DNA of 32,000 nucleotides, taken from NCBI GenBank assembly GCA_038858525.1, contig JAWCFL010000001.1:170120-202119 (forward strand), in the 5' to 3' direction. Shown here piece by piece: positions 1 to 8,500 of this stretch (position 1 is its first letter; every line of letters begins with the position of its first letter). Origin of the DNA: Candidatus Jordarchaeales archaeon (GTDB lineage Archaea > Asgardarchaeota > Jordiarchaeia > Jordiarchaeales > Freyrarchaeaceae). A program made the position numbers and the translations under genes. A model generated the notes under the pieces. That model was given only the letters and a program-made list of their open reading frames with translations. It did no database searches and was not told where the DNA came from.

Positions 1-377
1 CAGAAAAGCTGGAGGAGATTTCAGCCGCTGTTACGCGTGAAGATGTCCGTAGCCTGATAAAGCAGGGAGCAATAAAAGCCAAGCCGAAATTGGGAATTAG
101 TAGAGCAAGGGCGAAAGAGCGGTATGAAAAGAGGAAAAGAGGACAGCGTAGGGGTATGGGAAGCAGGAAAGGAAAAGCTACCGCGCGTATGCCTAGGAAA
201 GAAAAATGGATGATGAGAATTAGAGCTATAAGAGCCTTTCTTAAGCATTTAAGGGCTAGACGTATAATAACACAGAACACTTACAGAAAACTTTACAAAA
301 TGGCGAAGGGTGGTGCATTCGAAAGCGTTGCATACTTAAAGAACTACATAAAAGATAAGAGGCTGGCGAGAAAGTAA
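1..377 (+). CDS. rpl19e: 50S ribosomal protein L19e (eL19), 5'-truncated by the window edge
   Basis: Frame is open from position 3 (EKLEEISAAVTREDVRSLIKQGAIKAKPKLGISR...RRGMGSRKGKATAR...WMMRIRAIR). Typical eL19 motifs and typical position before uL18. Confidence 0.97.
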   Translation, partial: EKLEEISAAVTREDVRSLIKQGAIKAKPKLGISRARAKERYEKRKRGQRRGMGSRKGKATARMPRKEKWMMRIRAIRAFLKHLRARRIITQNTYRKLYKMAKGGAFESVAYLKNYIKDKRLARK

Positions 378-391
378 CGGAGAGTGTTCTT

Positions 392-988
392 ATGGCGAGA
401 GGGGCGCGCTATAGGTTAGCTTTCAGAAGGAGGCGTGAAGGAAGAACAGATTACAGGCTTAGAAGGAAGCTGGTTATTTCCGGAATACCAAGGCTCGTGG
501 TTCGTGGAAGTCTAAACAACTTCTCAGTACAACTAATAGAGTCAATGTTTGGCGGGGACAAAACATTGGTTTCAGCTCATTCGAAAGAATTGATTAAAAA
601 ATATGGTTGGAAAGGGCACTGCGGGAACGTACCTACAGCTTACCTAACAGGTTTTCTGCTGGCGTTAAAGGCTAAGAGAGCAGGATTAGAGCGCGCTATA
701 CTTGATATCGGTTTGCATCCTCCGGTTAAAGGAAGCCGGGTTTTTGCAGCCCTCAAAGGGGCACTAGACGGAGGAATGGACATCCCTCACGGGGAGGAAG
801 TTCTCCCGAACGAAGAAAGAATAAGAGGAGAACATATAGCGGAGTACGCTAAGCAGCTTCTAGAGAGAAGCCCAGAGCTTTACGCTAAACGTTTTTCGTC
901 TCAGATTAAGCGGGGAGTGCGACCGGAAGAGCTGCCCAAACATTTTGACAAGGTTAGAGAGGCCATGCTTAAGGAGTTTGGAGGTTAG
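392..988 (+). CDS. rpl18: 50S ribosomal protein L18 (uL18)
   Basis: MARGARYRLAFRRRREGRTDY N-terminus, plus GNVPTAYLTG and DIGL motifs; spc operon order. Confidence 0.97.
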   Translation: MARGARYRLAFRRRREGRTDYRLRRKLVISGIPRLVVRGSLNNFSVQLIESMFGGDKTLVSAHSKELIKKYGWKGHCGNVPTAYLTGFLLALKAKRAGLERAILDIGLHPPVKGSRVFAALKGALDGGMDIPHGEEVLPNEERIRGEHIAEYAKQLLERSPELYAKRFSSQIKRGVRPEELPKHFDKVREAMLKEFGG

Positions 989-991
989 ACT

Positions 992-1618
992 TTGGAGCCG
1001 AATGAACTGGACGTTTGGAAGCCTAGAACAGAACTGGGAAGACTCGTTAAAGAGGGGCGCATCACGAGCATAGATGAAATATTTGCGCAAGGATTAAAAA
1101 TAAAGGAGCCACAAATTATTGATTTACTCTTACCAGGCCTAGAAGACGAAATAGTAGGAGTAAGTGTCGTTCAGAAGCAAACAGATGCGGGGGAAAGAAC
1201 AAGGTTTAAGGCACTAGTGGCTATCGGAAACAAGGGTGGTTACGTTGGACTGGGAACCGCTAAAGCTGCAGAAATAGGGCCAGCAATAAGAAAGGCTGTG
1301 ATAAACGCAAAGATGTCAATAACACCTGTAAAGCTTGCTTGTGGGAGTTGGGAGTGCGGCTGTGGCGCTCCCCACACTCTTCCATTTAAAGTGTATGGAA
1401 AATCGGGGAGCGTTAGGATGACGCTGGTACCTGCTCCACGCGGCCTTGGGCTGGTGACTGCTGATGTTGCAAAGATAATTTTAAGACTTGCAGGCGTGAA
1501 GGACGCGTGGTCGTTTTCTAGGGGTCACACTAAAAACACGTTGAACTTAGCATATGCTACCTTTAACGCACTTAAGCAGACCACTAAAATGCTTACTCCA
1601 AATGACTGGGGGCGTTAG
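992..1618 (+). CDS. rps5: 30S ribosomal protein S5 (uS5)
   Basis: WKPRTELGRLV, VQKQTDAGERTRF and GSWECGCG motifs; TTG start. Confidence 0.97.
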   Translation: MEPNELDVWKPRTELGRLVKEGRITSIDEIFAQGLKIKEPQIIDLLLPGLEDEIVGVSVVQKQTDAGERTRFKALVAIGNKGGYVGLGTAKAAEIGPAIRKAVINAKMSITPVKLACGSWECGCGAPHTLPFKVYGKSGSVRMTLVPAPRGLGLVTADVAKIILRLAGVKDAWSFSRGHTKNTLNLAYATFNALKQTTKMLTPNDWGR

Positions 1619-1619
1619 G

Positions 1620-2099
1620 TTGAGCGACGTTAAATTACTTGCAGTAGTAAGAATAAGAGGAGACGTGGGTGTTAGAAGAGAAATACGTGAAACATTAAAA
1701 ATGTTAAGGTTAAATAAAGTTCATCACGCGGTAATAGTGCCAGAAACGCCGAGCTATAAAGGCATGCTTCAGAAAGTCAAGGATTACGTAACCTGGGGAG
1801 AAATAAGCAAGGAAACACTGGTTCTCCTCCTCGAAAGAAGAGGATTGCTTGAGGGTAATAAACGCCTAACAAACGACTTCCTCGCAGAAAATCTGAAGAT
1901 AAAATCAATAGAGAGTTTAGCTGAAAAAATATACAATGGAGAAATAAGGCTAAGCGACGTGCCAAAACTTAAGCCAATTTTTAGGTTGCATCCTCCCAGA
2001 GGAGGCTTCACGAGGAAAAAGAAGAGGCCTTATAGAGATGGAGGGGAACTCGGCTATAGGGGAGCAGACATAAATAGGCTAATCGAGAGAATGGCCTAG
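1620..2099 (+). CDS. rpl30: 50S ribosomal protein L30 (uL30)
   Basis: LLAVVRIRG...TLKMLRL...YVTWGE...FRLHPPRGGF motifs. Start placed at TTG 1620, just after the rps5 stop (the ORF track begins at 1554). Confidence 0.95.
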   Translation: MSDVKLLAVVRIRGDVGVRREIRETLKMLRLNKVHHAVIVPETPSYKGMLQKVKDYVTWGEISKETLVLLLERRGLLEGNKRLTNDFLAENLKIKSIESLAEKIYNGEIRLSDVPKLKPIFRLHPPRGGFTRKKKRPYRDGGELGYRGADINRLIERMA

Positions 2100-2121
2100 C
2101 CTGAAGAGGGGTGTTATAGTC

Positions 2122-2544
2122 ATGATTAGGAGAAGAAAGCGGACACGGAAAATGAGGGGAAGCAGGACTCATGGATATGGTAGAGTGGGACAACACAGAG
2201 GAAGCGGACAGCGTGGCGGCAAGGGTAATGCAGGCGGACATAAACATTTTTGGGTTTGGGTTTTGAAGTATGCTAGAGACTATTTCGGAAAGCACGGCTT
2301 TAAGAGGCATGGAGTGTCTAGGGAATGGATAACTTTGAATGTAAGCGATATCGATGAGGGACTGGAAAACTTTAAGTCGGGAGAAGAAGGCGGCATCCCG
2401 CTAGTGGACTTAACAGAAATAGGATACGTTAAAGTTCTCGGCTCCGGAAAAGTAACTAAACCAGTAATAGTTAAGGCGCACGCTTTCAGCGAGTCAGCAA
2501 TAAAAAAGATTGAAGAAGTGGGAGGAAAAATAATAAAGGCTTAA
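2122..2544 (+). CDS. rpl15: 50S ribosomal protein L15 (uL15)
   Basis: RKMRGSRTHGYGRVGQHRGSGQRGGKGNAG and KVLGSG motifs. Confidence 0.97.
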   Translation: MIRRRKRTRKMRGSRTHGYGRVGQHRGSGQRGGKGNAGGHKHFWVWVLKYARDYFGKHGFKRHGVSREWITLNVSDIDEGLENFKSGEEGGIPLVDLTEIGYVKVLGSGKVTKPVIVKAHAFSESAIKKIEEVGGKIIKA

Positions 2545-2603
2545 TTTTCTCCCAAAAGAGAACAATAGAAGGTAACTAAAACTTAAATTACGCAGGAAAA
2601 CTG

Positions 2604-4268
2604 GTGAACATTATGGCTGGCACTTTTTTGAAGTTTTTCAAACCACTGATCCGTTTTATGCCGGAGGTTAAGCCTCCTGAGCGGAAGGTTAGCTTCAGAG
2701 AGAAATTATTATGGACTGGCGTCATTTTAGTTCTCTACTTAATAATGGCGAACCTTCCACTTTACGGCGTCCCTCAAGGGCAGGGATATGACTACTTGTA
2801 TTTTCTCAGAGTTATCCTTGCCTCGTCTAGAGGAACGCTAATGGAGCTGGGCATAGGACCCATAGTTACCGCAGGCCTCGTTATGCAACTGCTTGCCGGC
2901 TCAAAACTGATCGATGTTGACTTCTCAAATCCTGAGGATAGAGCGCTTTTCACCGGAGCACAAAAAGCACTCGCAGTTCTGATGACGATGATAGAAGCAG
3001 GAGTATTCATTTTCGCCAGGGCATATGGCGACTTGACAGTTTACCAGGCTGCACTGGTTTTCCTTCAGTTAACTGTTGCAGGAGTAGTTCTTATACTAAT
3101 GGATGAAACGCTGCAAAAAGGCTGGGGATTAGGAAGTGGGATAAGCCTGTTCATAGCAGCTAACGTAGCTGGACAGATCCTCTGGCTTTCTCTGAACCCC
3201 AATCCGAGCCCATACGACTACCTCGGAGTGGGCGTACTCGTAGCGTTAGTTCAGGTGATCACGTTCCCCTACTGGCCTGCAGCATCAATGTTCATGCAAG
3301 TTCTAGGTTCCTATCCTACGTTTCAGCGTCTTAGTGAGGAGGCGATTTCAGCTGCTACTCAGGCAGCAACCTACATGTTCTACTACATCGCGTTTAACCC
3401 GAGAGCCGCACTATACTACGTTTTCTTCAGGCCTCAAGGTCAGCCAAACGTGATTGGGCTTATAGGCACATTAATCGTCTTTCTGATAGTAATATTTATT
3501 CAGAGCGTGAGAGTTGAAATACCTCTCCAGTATGCGCGCTTTAGAGGCTTTAGGGGGAGGTATCCGATAAAGTTTCTTTACGTGTCAGTTATACCGGTTA
3601 TTCTGGTTCAAGCTATAATTGCGAACATACTACTGGTTTCGCAGGTTTTATGGTCTAATGTGGGGTTCATTTCACTGGCACAGCTTATACCATTCCTGGA
3701 AAGTGCTTGGCCGGACATTGATCTAAGCTCGTTAGCACCGTTTGCCAGCGTCGGGTGGAACTTTAACCCGTTGGTTAATATTTTGGGGCAATTTATTCCT
3801 TCCACAACTAATTTAAACCAGTTAACTCCAGCTGGAGGAATAGCCTATTACTTCTCAACACCCTACGGGTTAGATAACGTTTTCAGGGATCCGGGACGGG
3901 CACTAGTTTATCTCGCCATTTTCTCCTCACTTTGCGCTGCACTTTCATATATATGGATAGATGTGTCCGGAATGAGCGCGAGGGACGTAGCTAATCAGTT
4001 AATAATGGCGGGAATGCAGGTTCCAGGATTTAGGAGGTCTCCTAAGATAGTAGAGAAGCTCCTTGAGAGGTATATTCCACCTGTTACGGTGCTTGGCGGA
4101 TTTGCGGTAGGGTTGCTGGCGGCGTTCGCCGACTTCCTTGGGGCTCTGGGAACCGGAACAGGAGTTTTGCTGACTGTGGGAATACTTTATAATTACTACG
4201 AGCTAATTGCAAAGGAGCAGTTGGCCTCGATGAGTCCTGCATTAAGAGGGTTGCTGGGATTAGAGTAA
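2604..4268 (+). CDS. secY: Preprotein translocase subunit SecY (Sec61-alpha), with enlarged external loops
   Basis: GTLMELGIGPIVTAGLVMQLL, KGWGLGSGISLFIA, YPIKFLYVSVIP and GTGTGVLLTVGI motifs; 10-TM pattern. Start may be ATG 2613. Confidence 0.97.
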   Translation: MNIMAGTFLKFFKPLIRFMPEVKPPERKVSFREKLLWTGVILVLYLIMANLPLYGVPQGQGYDYLYFLRVILASSRGTLMELGIGPIVTAGLVMQLLAGSKLIDVDFSNPEDRALFTGAQKALAVLMTMIEAGVFIFARAYGDLTVYQAALVFLQLTVAGVVLILMDETLQKGWGLGSGISLFIAANVAGQILWLSLNPNPSPYDYLGVGVLVALVQVITFPYWPAASMFMQVLGSYPTFQRLSEEAISAATQAATYMFYYIAFNPRAALYYVFFRPQGQPNVIGLIGTLIVFLIVIFIQSVRVEIPLQYARFRGFRGRYPIKFLYVSVIPVILVQAIIANILLVSQVLWSNVGFISLAQLIPFLESAWPDIDLSSLAPFASVGWNFNPLVNILGQFIPSTTNLNQLTPAGGIAYYFSTPYGLDNVFRDPGRALVYLAIFSSLCAALSYIWIDVSGMSARDVANQLIMAGMQVPGFRRSPKIVEKLLERYIPPVTVLGGFAVGLLAAFADFLGALGTGTGVLLTVGILYNYYELIAKEQLASMSPALRGLLGLE

Positions 4269-4294
4269 GAGAAATAAAAAAGGGAGGAGTTTGA

Positions 4295-4909
4295 TTGATT
4301 GAAGATGGAGTTGTTGTGGTGGTTACCGGAGTTCCCGGAGTAGGTAAAACCACGGTGATCGATGCTGCCGTGAAGGCGGCGAAAAGTGAAGGGATAAACG
4401 TTACATTGATGAATTATGGGACAGTGATGTTTGAAATAGCAAAGGCTAGGGGGCTCGTTGAAAACAGGGACCAGATGAGGAAGCTGCCTTCAAGTGTTCA
4501 GAGGGAGGTGCAAAGGCTTGCAGCAAAGAGAATCGCAGAGGCGGCAAGGGAAGGCATAGTTCTCGTCGATACGCATATGCTAATTAATACTCCTGAAGGC
4601 TTCCTTCCGGGAATACCGGTGTGGGTTGCAGAAAACCTTAGACCGAGCGTATTAGTGCTGGTTGAAGCAGACCCGGAAGAAATAAGAAACAGGAGAAGGA
4701 AGGACGAAACGAGGGAGAGAGACTTGCAGCCCGTGGAGGAAATTCGTTTACATCAAGAAATGTGTAGGGCAGTGGCCGCCGCGTGTGCGACCCTTACGGG
4801 CGCCACCATAGCTGTAATACCTAATCATGATGGAAAAGCGCATGAAGCAGCCGAGATGGTCTTTAATCTTTTCAAAGCGATAGCGGCAAAGCTCAAAGAG
4901 GTGTCATAG
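4295..4909 (+). CDS. adk: Archaeal adenylate kinase
   Basis: P-loop GVPGVGKTT, RDQMRKLP, DTH and GFLPGIP motifs; follows secY. Confidence 0.95.
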   Translation: MIEDGVVVVVTGVPGVGKTTVIDAAVKAAKSEGINVTLMNYGTVMFEIAKARGLVENRDQMRKLPSSVQREVQRLAAKRIAEAAREGIVLVDTHMLINTPEGFLPGIPVWVAENLRPSVLVLVEADPEEIRNRRRKDETRERDLQPVEEIRLHQEMCRAVAAACATLTGATIAVIPNHDGKAHEAAEMVFNLFKAIAAKLKEVS

Positions 4910-5623
4910 TTGTGGAGTCCTTCTCTTCCGCCGTGCTCAACATTAATAGTGCTTGGAGTGGCGATTTTAGTCACGCTAACTTCAAGTATAGTCAACCGTT
5001 TACTTCTACCCGTGGCTAAAATAAGACGGTATACGCGCGAAATAAGAAAATGGAGAGAAGCAATGCAGAAGGCGCGAGAAACAGGAGATGAAAAACTTAT
5101 GCTGAAGGTTAAAAGGAGGCAAAGGCTTATCGAGAGAATGCAGAGAGAGCAAGCAAGCCTTCAGTTCAGGCCGATGCTCGTCTACCTTATACCATTTTTA
5201 GTCTTATTCTATTATCTGAACAGCTTTTACAGTTTCCCGTTTGGCCCGGTCGTCTCGCCAACCATCGTAGCTATACTGCCCATCTCAGCCATGGAGGTCC
5301 CAGGCTTCCCCGCAGGAACATTTGGAGGGTACGTCAGCCCCCTGCTCACCGACGTTGCATTGGCTTACCCGGCATTCTTCGCTCTGTGGCCTAGGATATA
5401 TCTCATGCAGGTGATCCCGGGACTTTCAGAGCTCCAAGTGCTTTTGAACGTTATTAATCTGGTGTCAGGTTTAAGCTTGGAGTTGCCGATCTCTCCCGTC
5501 GTTGACGGCTGGGCGCCAATACCGGGATTTGGTTTATGGTTTATTTGGTGGTATTTCATGTCAAGCATTGCTTTTGGAGGCCTTTTCCAGCGCCTCTTTG
5601 GAGTTTATATTCAACAGACGTGA
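4910..5623 (+). CDS. DUF106 / EMC3-TMCO1-Get1 (Oxa1 superfamily) membrane protein
   Basis: N-terminal TM, coiled coil (REIRKWREAMQKA), FRPM and C-terminal WYFMSS motifs; canonical position between adk and rpl34e. Confidence 0.88.
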   Translation: MWSPSLPPCSTLIVLGVAILVTLTSSIVNRLLLPVAKIRRYTREIRKWREAMQKARETGDEKLMLKVKRRQRLIERMQREQASLQFRPMLVYLIPFLVLFYYLNSFYSFPFGPVVSPTIVAILPISAMEVPGFPAGTFGGYVSPLLTDVALAYPAFFALWPRIYLMQVIPGLSELQVLLNVINLVSGLSLELPISPVVDGWAPIPGFGLWFIWWYFMSSIAFGGLFQRLFGVYIQQT

Positions 5624-5632
5624 GGTGAGAGT

Positions 5633-5902
5633 GTGCCGGAGCCAAAGTTAAGGTCCAGGAGTTTTAAAAGAAAAAAGGTTCGAACCCCTGGAGGACGGAT
5701 AGCAGATCATTACTGGAGAAGTACTTCAAGAAGGTACAAGTGCGCGCTGTGCGGCGGTGTGCTTCACGGGTGCCCCACGAACAAGTACGAGGAAAAAGAG
5801 GCAAAAACCAAAAAAAGACCCGAGAGACCGTATGGAGGCTATCTCTGTCATCGCTGCCTCAGAATGGCTTTGAAAAATAAATTAATGCAGGAGGCTGTCT
5901 AA
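5633..5902 (+). CDS. rpl34e: 50S ribosomal protein L34e (eL34)
   Basis: RTPGGR, CxxCG and KRPERPYGGYLCHRC motifs. Confidence 0.96.
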   Translation: MPEPKLRSRSFKRKKVRTPGGRIADHYWRSTSRRYKCALCGGVLHGCPTNKYEEKEAKTKKRPERPYGGYLCHRCLRMALKNKLMQEAV

Positions 5903-5907
5903 AGGCT

Positions 5908-6507
5908 TTGGTGGTAATTACGATTAGCGGTCTCCATGGGACGGGAAAAACCACGCAAGCCAAGTTCCTAGCCAAGCGTTTCGGGCTAAGATATGTTTCA
6001 GCAGGAGAGATAATGAGGAAAATGGCTGAGGAAAGAGGCATAAGCCTCGAGGAATTCTCAAGAATAGCTGAAAATGACCCTCTGATCGATAGACAGATCG
6101 ATGAAAGAATGATTTCAGAGGCTGAGAAGGGAAACGTGGTTTTGGATGGACGGCTGACAGCCTGGATGGCGGGAGATAAAGCAGACATTAAGATTCTGTT
6201 GACGGCGCCACTTGATATCCGAGTTGAAAGAATAGCTAAAAGAGAAGGCAAGAGCATTGAAGAAGCTTTAAAAGAGACGGTGATAAGAGAGGAAAGCGAG
6301 AAAAAAAGGTTTATGGACATATATGGCATAGACGTAGACGACTGCAGTGTGTTCGACATTGTGGTAAACACAGCCTTGTGGGACGAGAAATCCGTGGGGA
6401 AGCTGCTTGAGCTCTTGGTTGAAGCCTATTCAGCCTCGTCCTCTAAAAGAAATGAAGCTTCCGAGGCAACTCGGATGATGGATCGAGGAGAGATGGAGGT
6501 GAAATAA
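5908..6507 (+). CDS. cmk: Cytidylate kinase (archaeal type)
   Basis: ITISGLHGTGKTT P-loop, SAGEIMR, DRQID and DGRLTAW motifs. Confidence 0.94.
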   Translation: MVVITISGLHGTGKTTQAKFLAKRFGLRYVSAGEIMRKMAEERGISLEEFSRIAENDPLIDRQIDERMISEAEKGNVVLDGRLTAWMAGDKADIKILLTAPLDIRVERIAKREGKSIEEALKETVIREESEKKRFMDIYGIDVDDCSVFDIVVNTALWDEKSVGKLLELLVEAYSASSSKRNEASEATRMMDRGEMEVK

Positions 6508-6780
6508 ATGGCGTTAAGACCTGGAAGCATATGTGTTAAAACAGCTGGAAGAGAAGCGGGAAAGAAGTGTGTTGTGGTTGACATGCTGGATAAAAACTTT
6601 GTCTTAATAACCGGTCCGCCCAGCTTGAACGGTGTTAAGAGAAGAAGAGCGAACATTAAACACTTAGAGGCAACAGGAGAGCATGTAGATATTCCGAAGG
6701 GGGCAGACGACGAACTCGTCTTAAAGAAGCTGGAAGAGGCGGGTTTAGCTGAGAAGCTGAAGGAGAAGATTAAAGTCTAA
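6508..6780 (+). CDS. rpl14e: 50S ribosomal protein L14e (eL14)
   Basis: GSICVKTAGREAGKKCVVVD...VLITGP...GVKRRRANIKHLE. Confidence 0.96.
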   Translation: MALRPGSICVKTAGREAGKKCVVVDMLDKNFVLITGPPSLNGVKRRRANIKHLEATGEHVDIPKGADDELVLKKLEEAGLAEKLKEKIKV

Positions 6781-6818
6781 TCTTCCCTTTAGCTTATTTT
6801 TTACTTTAAATTTAATTA

Positions 6819-7880
6819 ATGACGGTGATTTATGTGCCCAAGATCATTCCGCCGGAGGGTTTGAAAAGAAAGGTTATCGTTAAGAGTGAAGAGGAAACCA
6901 GTGAGGAGTACGGTAAACGTCCTAGCGAGAGGAGTGTGGAGGAGCTTTTAGAGGGGTGCTTCGTGAACATAGATAAGCCGGCAGGCCCGACCAGCCACGA
7001 AGTTTCTTCCTGGGTAAGGAGAATTTTGGGTTGCTCAAAAACTGGACATGCAGGGACACTAGAACCCCTTCAGACTTTGAAGGGGTGGTGAAATCCTAAG
7101 GTTACTGGGGTCTTGCCGGTTGCGGTAGGGTCTGCTACAAAGGTTATACAGGCCCTTCACCTTATAGGGAAAGAATACGTTTGCGTTATGAGGCTCCACG
7201 AGGATGTTGAGGGCGAAAGGATCAAGAAGATCTGTAAGGAGTTTACTGGGCCAATCTATCAGAGGCCGCCGATACGTTCCTCGGTGAAGCGAAGGCTTAG
7301 AGTAAGACGGATATATTACCTCGACGTGCTTGAGGTGGAAGGAAGAAATGTCCTGCTGAGAATAGGATGCGAGTCTGGGACGTACATAAGGAAGCTTTGC
7401 CACGACATAGGGGAGGCGTTAGGGTGCGGCGCTCACATGCGCGAGCTTAGAAGAACTCGAAGTGGACCTTTTACCGAGAGAAACATGGTAACGCTACACG
7501 ACTTAAAGGACGCCTATGTTTTTTGGAAGGAGGAGGGTGATGAAGCTCCCATCAGAAAAGTGTTATTACCAGTAGAGGAGGGAGTGCAGCACTTGCCCAA
7601 GTTTTTCGTGAGGGACTCAGCTGTTGACGCCATATGTCATGGAGCGGACTTAGCTGTTCCCGGCGTAGTCAAGCTTGAAGATGGAGTGGAGAAGGGTGAT
7701 GTGGTCGCGATCTTGACTCTTAAGGGTGAACTAGTCGCTCTGGGCGTTGCCCTGATGACCGTAGAGGAAGTTGTAAGAGAAAAGCGGGGAATAGCGGTTA
7801 AAACGACAAGAGTAATAATGAGCAAAGGAACTTACCCAAAACTCTGGAAAAGCAAGAAGAATAGCGGTTCAATCACGTAG
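6819..7880 (+). CDS. cbf5: H/ACA pseudouridine synthase Cbf5, join(6819..7062,7093..7880), 343 aa after splicing
   Basis: Two same-frame ORFs separated by TGA 7089-7091. Removing 7063-7092 restores [15 protein letters not shown] with the catalytic Asp. [25 protein letters not shown] and PUA domain present. Start could be GTG 6834. Confidence 0.95.
7063..7092 (+). other. BHB (tRNA-type) intron in cbf5, 30 nt
   Basis: Exon helix GGGA/UCCU; central helix CACU(7057-60)/GGUG(7087-90); bulges AG^A and AA^A; perfect 9-bp intron stem ACCCCUUCA/UGAAGGGGU with a GACUU loop. Confidence 0.96.
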
Positions 7881-7890
7881 TTTTACATTC

Positions 7891-7905
7891 CCGAAAAATA
7901 TAAAA
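7891..7905 (+). promoter_or_regulatory. Putative BRE-TATA promoter for rpl44e-rps27e-eif2a
   Basis: CCGAAAA-ATATAAAA about 50 nt upstream of the TTG start, in an AT-rich intergenic gap. Confidence 0.5.
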
Positions 7906-7952
7906 TACCACTAAACTTCTTCATTCCTAAAAAGGCGGGAGGTTAACAGAGG

Positions 7953-8258
7953 TTGAAGTACCCTAAAGTTAGGCGAACTTATTGTCCACGATGTAAAACA
8001 CACACAGAACACTCAGTTAGCGTCTATAAGAAAGGTAAGGATAGGGCACTGGCCGCAGGAGCTAGGCGCTATGCAAGGAAGAAGAGGGGTTATGGAAGCC
8101 AGCCTAAGCTCTTCTATGTCTTATAGAAGAGGGGTAAGCCCGTTCAGAGGGAGTTCGCGAAGACCACTAAGAAGGTTAGCTTTAAGCTTAAATGCAAGGA
8201 GTGCGGTCATACGCTCCACACTAAAGGTATCCGCCTCAAAAAGGCTGAAGCAATTTAA
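7953..8258 (+). CDS. rpl44e: 50S ribosomal protein L44e (eL42), join(7953..8107,8138..8258), 91 aa after splicing; missed by the ORF track
   Basis: [20 protein letters not shown]...[16 protein letters not shown]|[23 protein letters not shown]. In-frame TAG at 8124-8126 lies inside the insertion. Confidence 0.95.
8108..8137 (+). other. BHB intron in rpl44e, 30 nt
   Basis: Central helix GCCU(8102-05)/GGGU(8132-35); bulges AA^G and AA^G; perfect 9-bp stem CUCUUCUAU/AUAGAAGAG with a GUCUU loop; outer exon helix weak. Confidence 0.92.
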
Positions 8259-8274
8259 AGGGGGGATTTAAAAA

Positions 8275-8481
8275 TTGAGGAAAAAACGCGAGGTCATTCC
8301 GCAACCAAGAAGCCGCTTTTTGAAGGTTCAGTGTACTGACTGCGGCGCAGAAAACATAGTTTTTGATAGAGCAAGCACTACAGTTAAGTGCTATATTTGC
8401 GGGAAAGTTTTAGCTGAGCCGAGAGGAGGAAAGGCGCTCCTTCTAGTAAAAAAGGAGAACGTGATTCAAATTTTAAGTTGA
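8275..8481 (+). CDS. rps27e: 30S ribosomal protein S27e (eS27)
   Basis: PQPRSRFLKVQCTDC...VKCYICGKVLAEPRGGKA zinc finger. Confidence 0.96.
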   Translation: MRKKREVIPQPRSRFLKVQCTDCGAENIVFDRASTTVKCYICGKVLAEPRGGKALLLVKKENVIQILS

Positions 8482-8500
8482 AATAAGGGGTTGTAAAGAA

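Noticed and set aside
3180-3860. SecY and DUF106 insertions as in-frame introns
   Set aside because: No strong hairpin or BHB geometry was found by eye, and the inserts encode plausible amphipathic or hydrophobic protein segments.
8105-8139. TAAGC direct repeat flanking the rpl44e intron as a transposon target-site duplication
   Set aside because: The other five introns have no equivalent flanking duplication, and the repeat is largely explained by the two AAG bulges.
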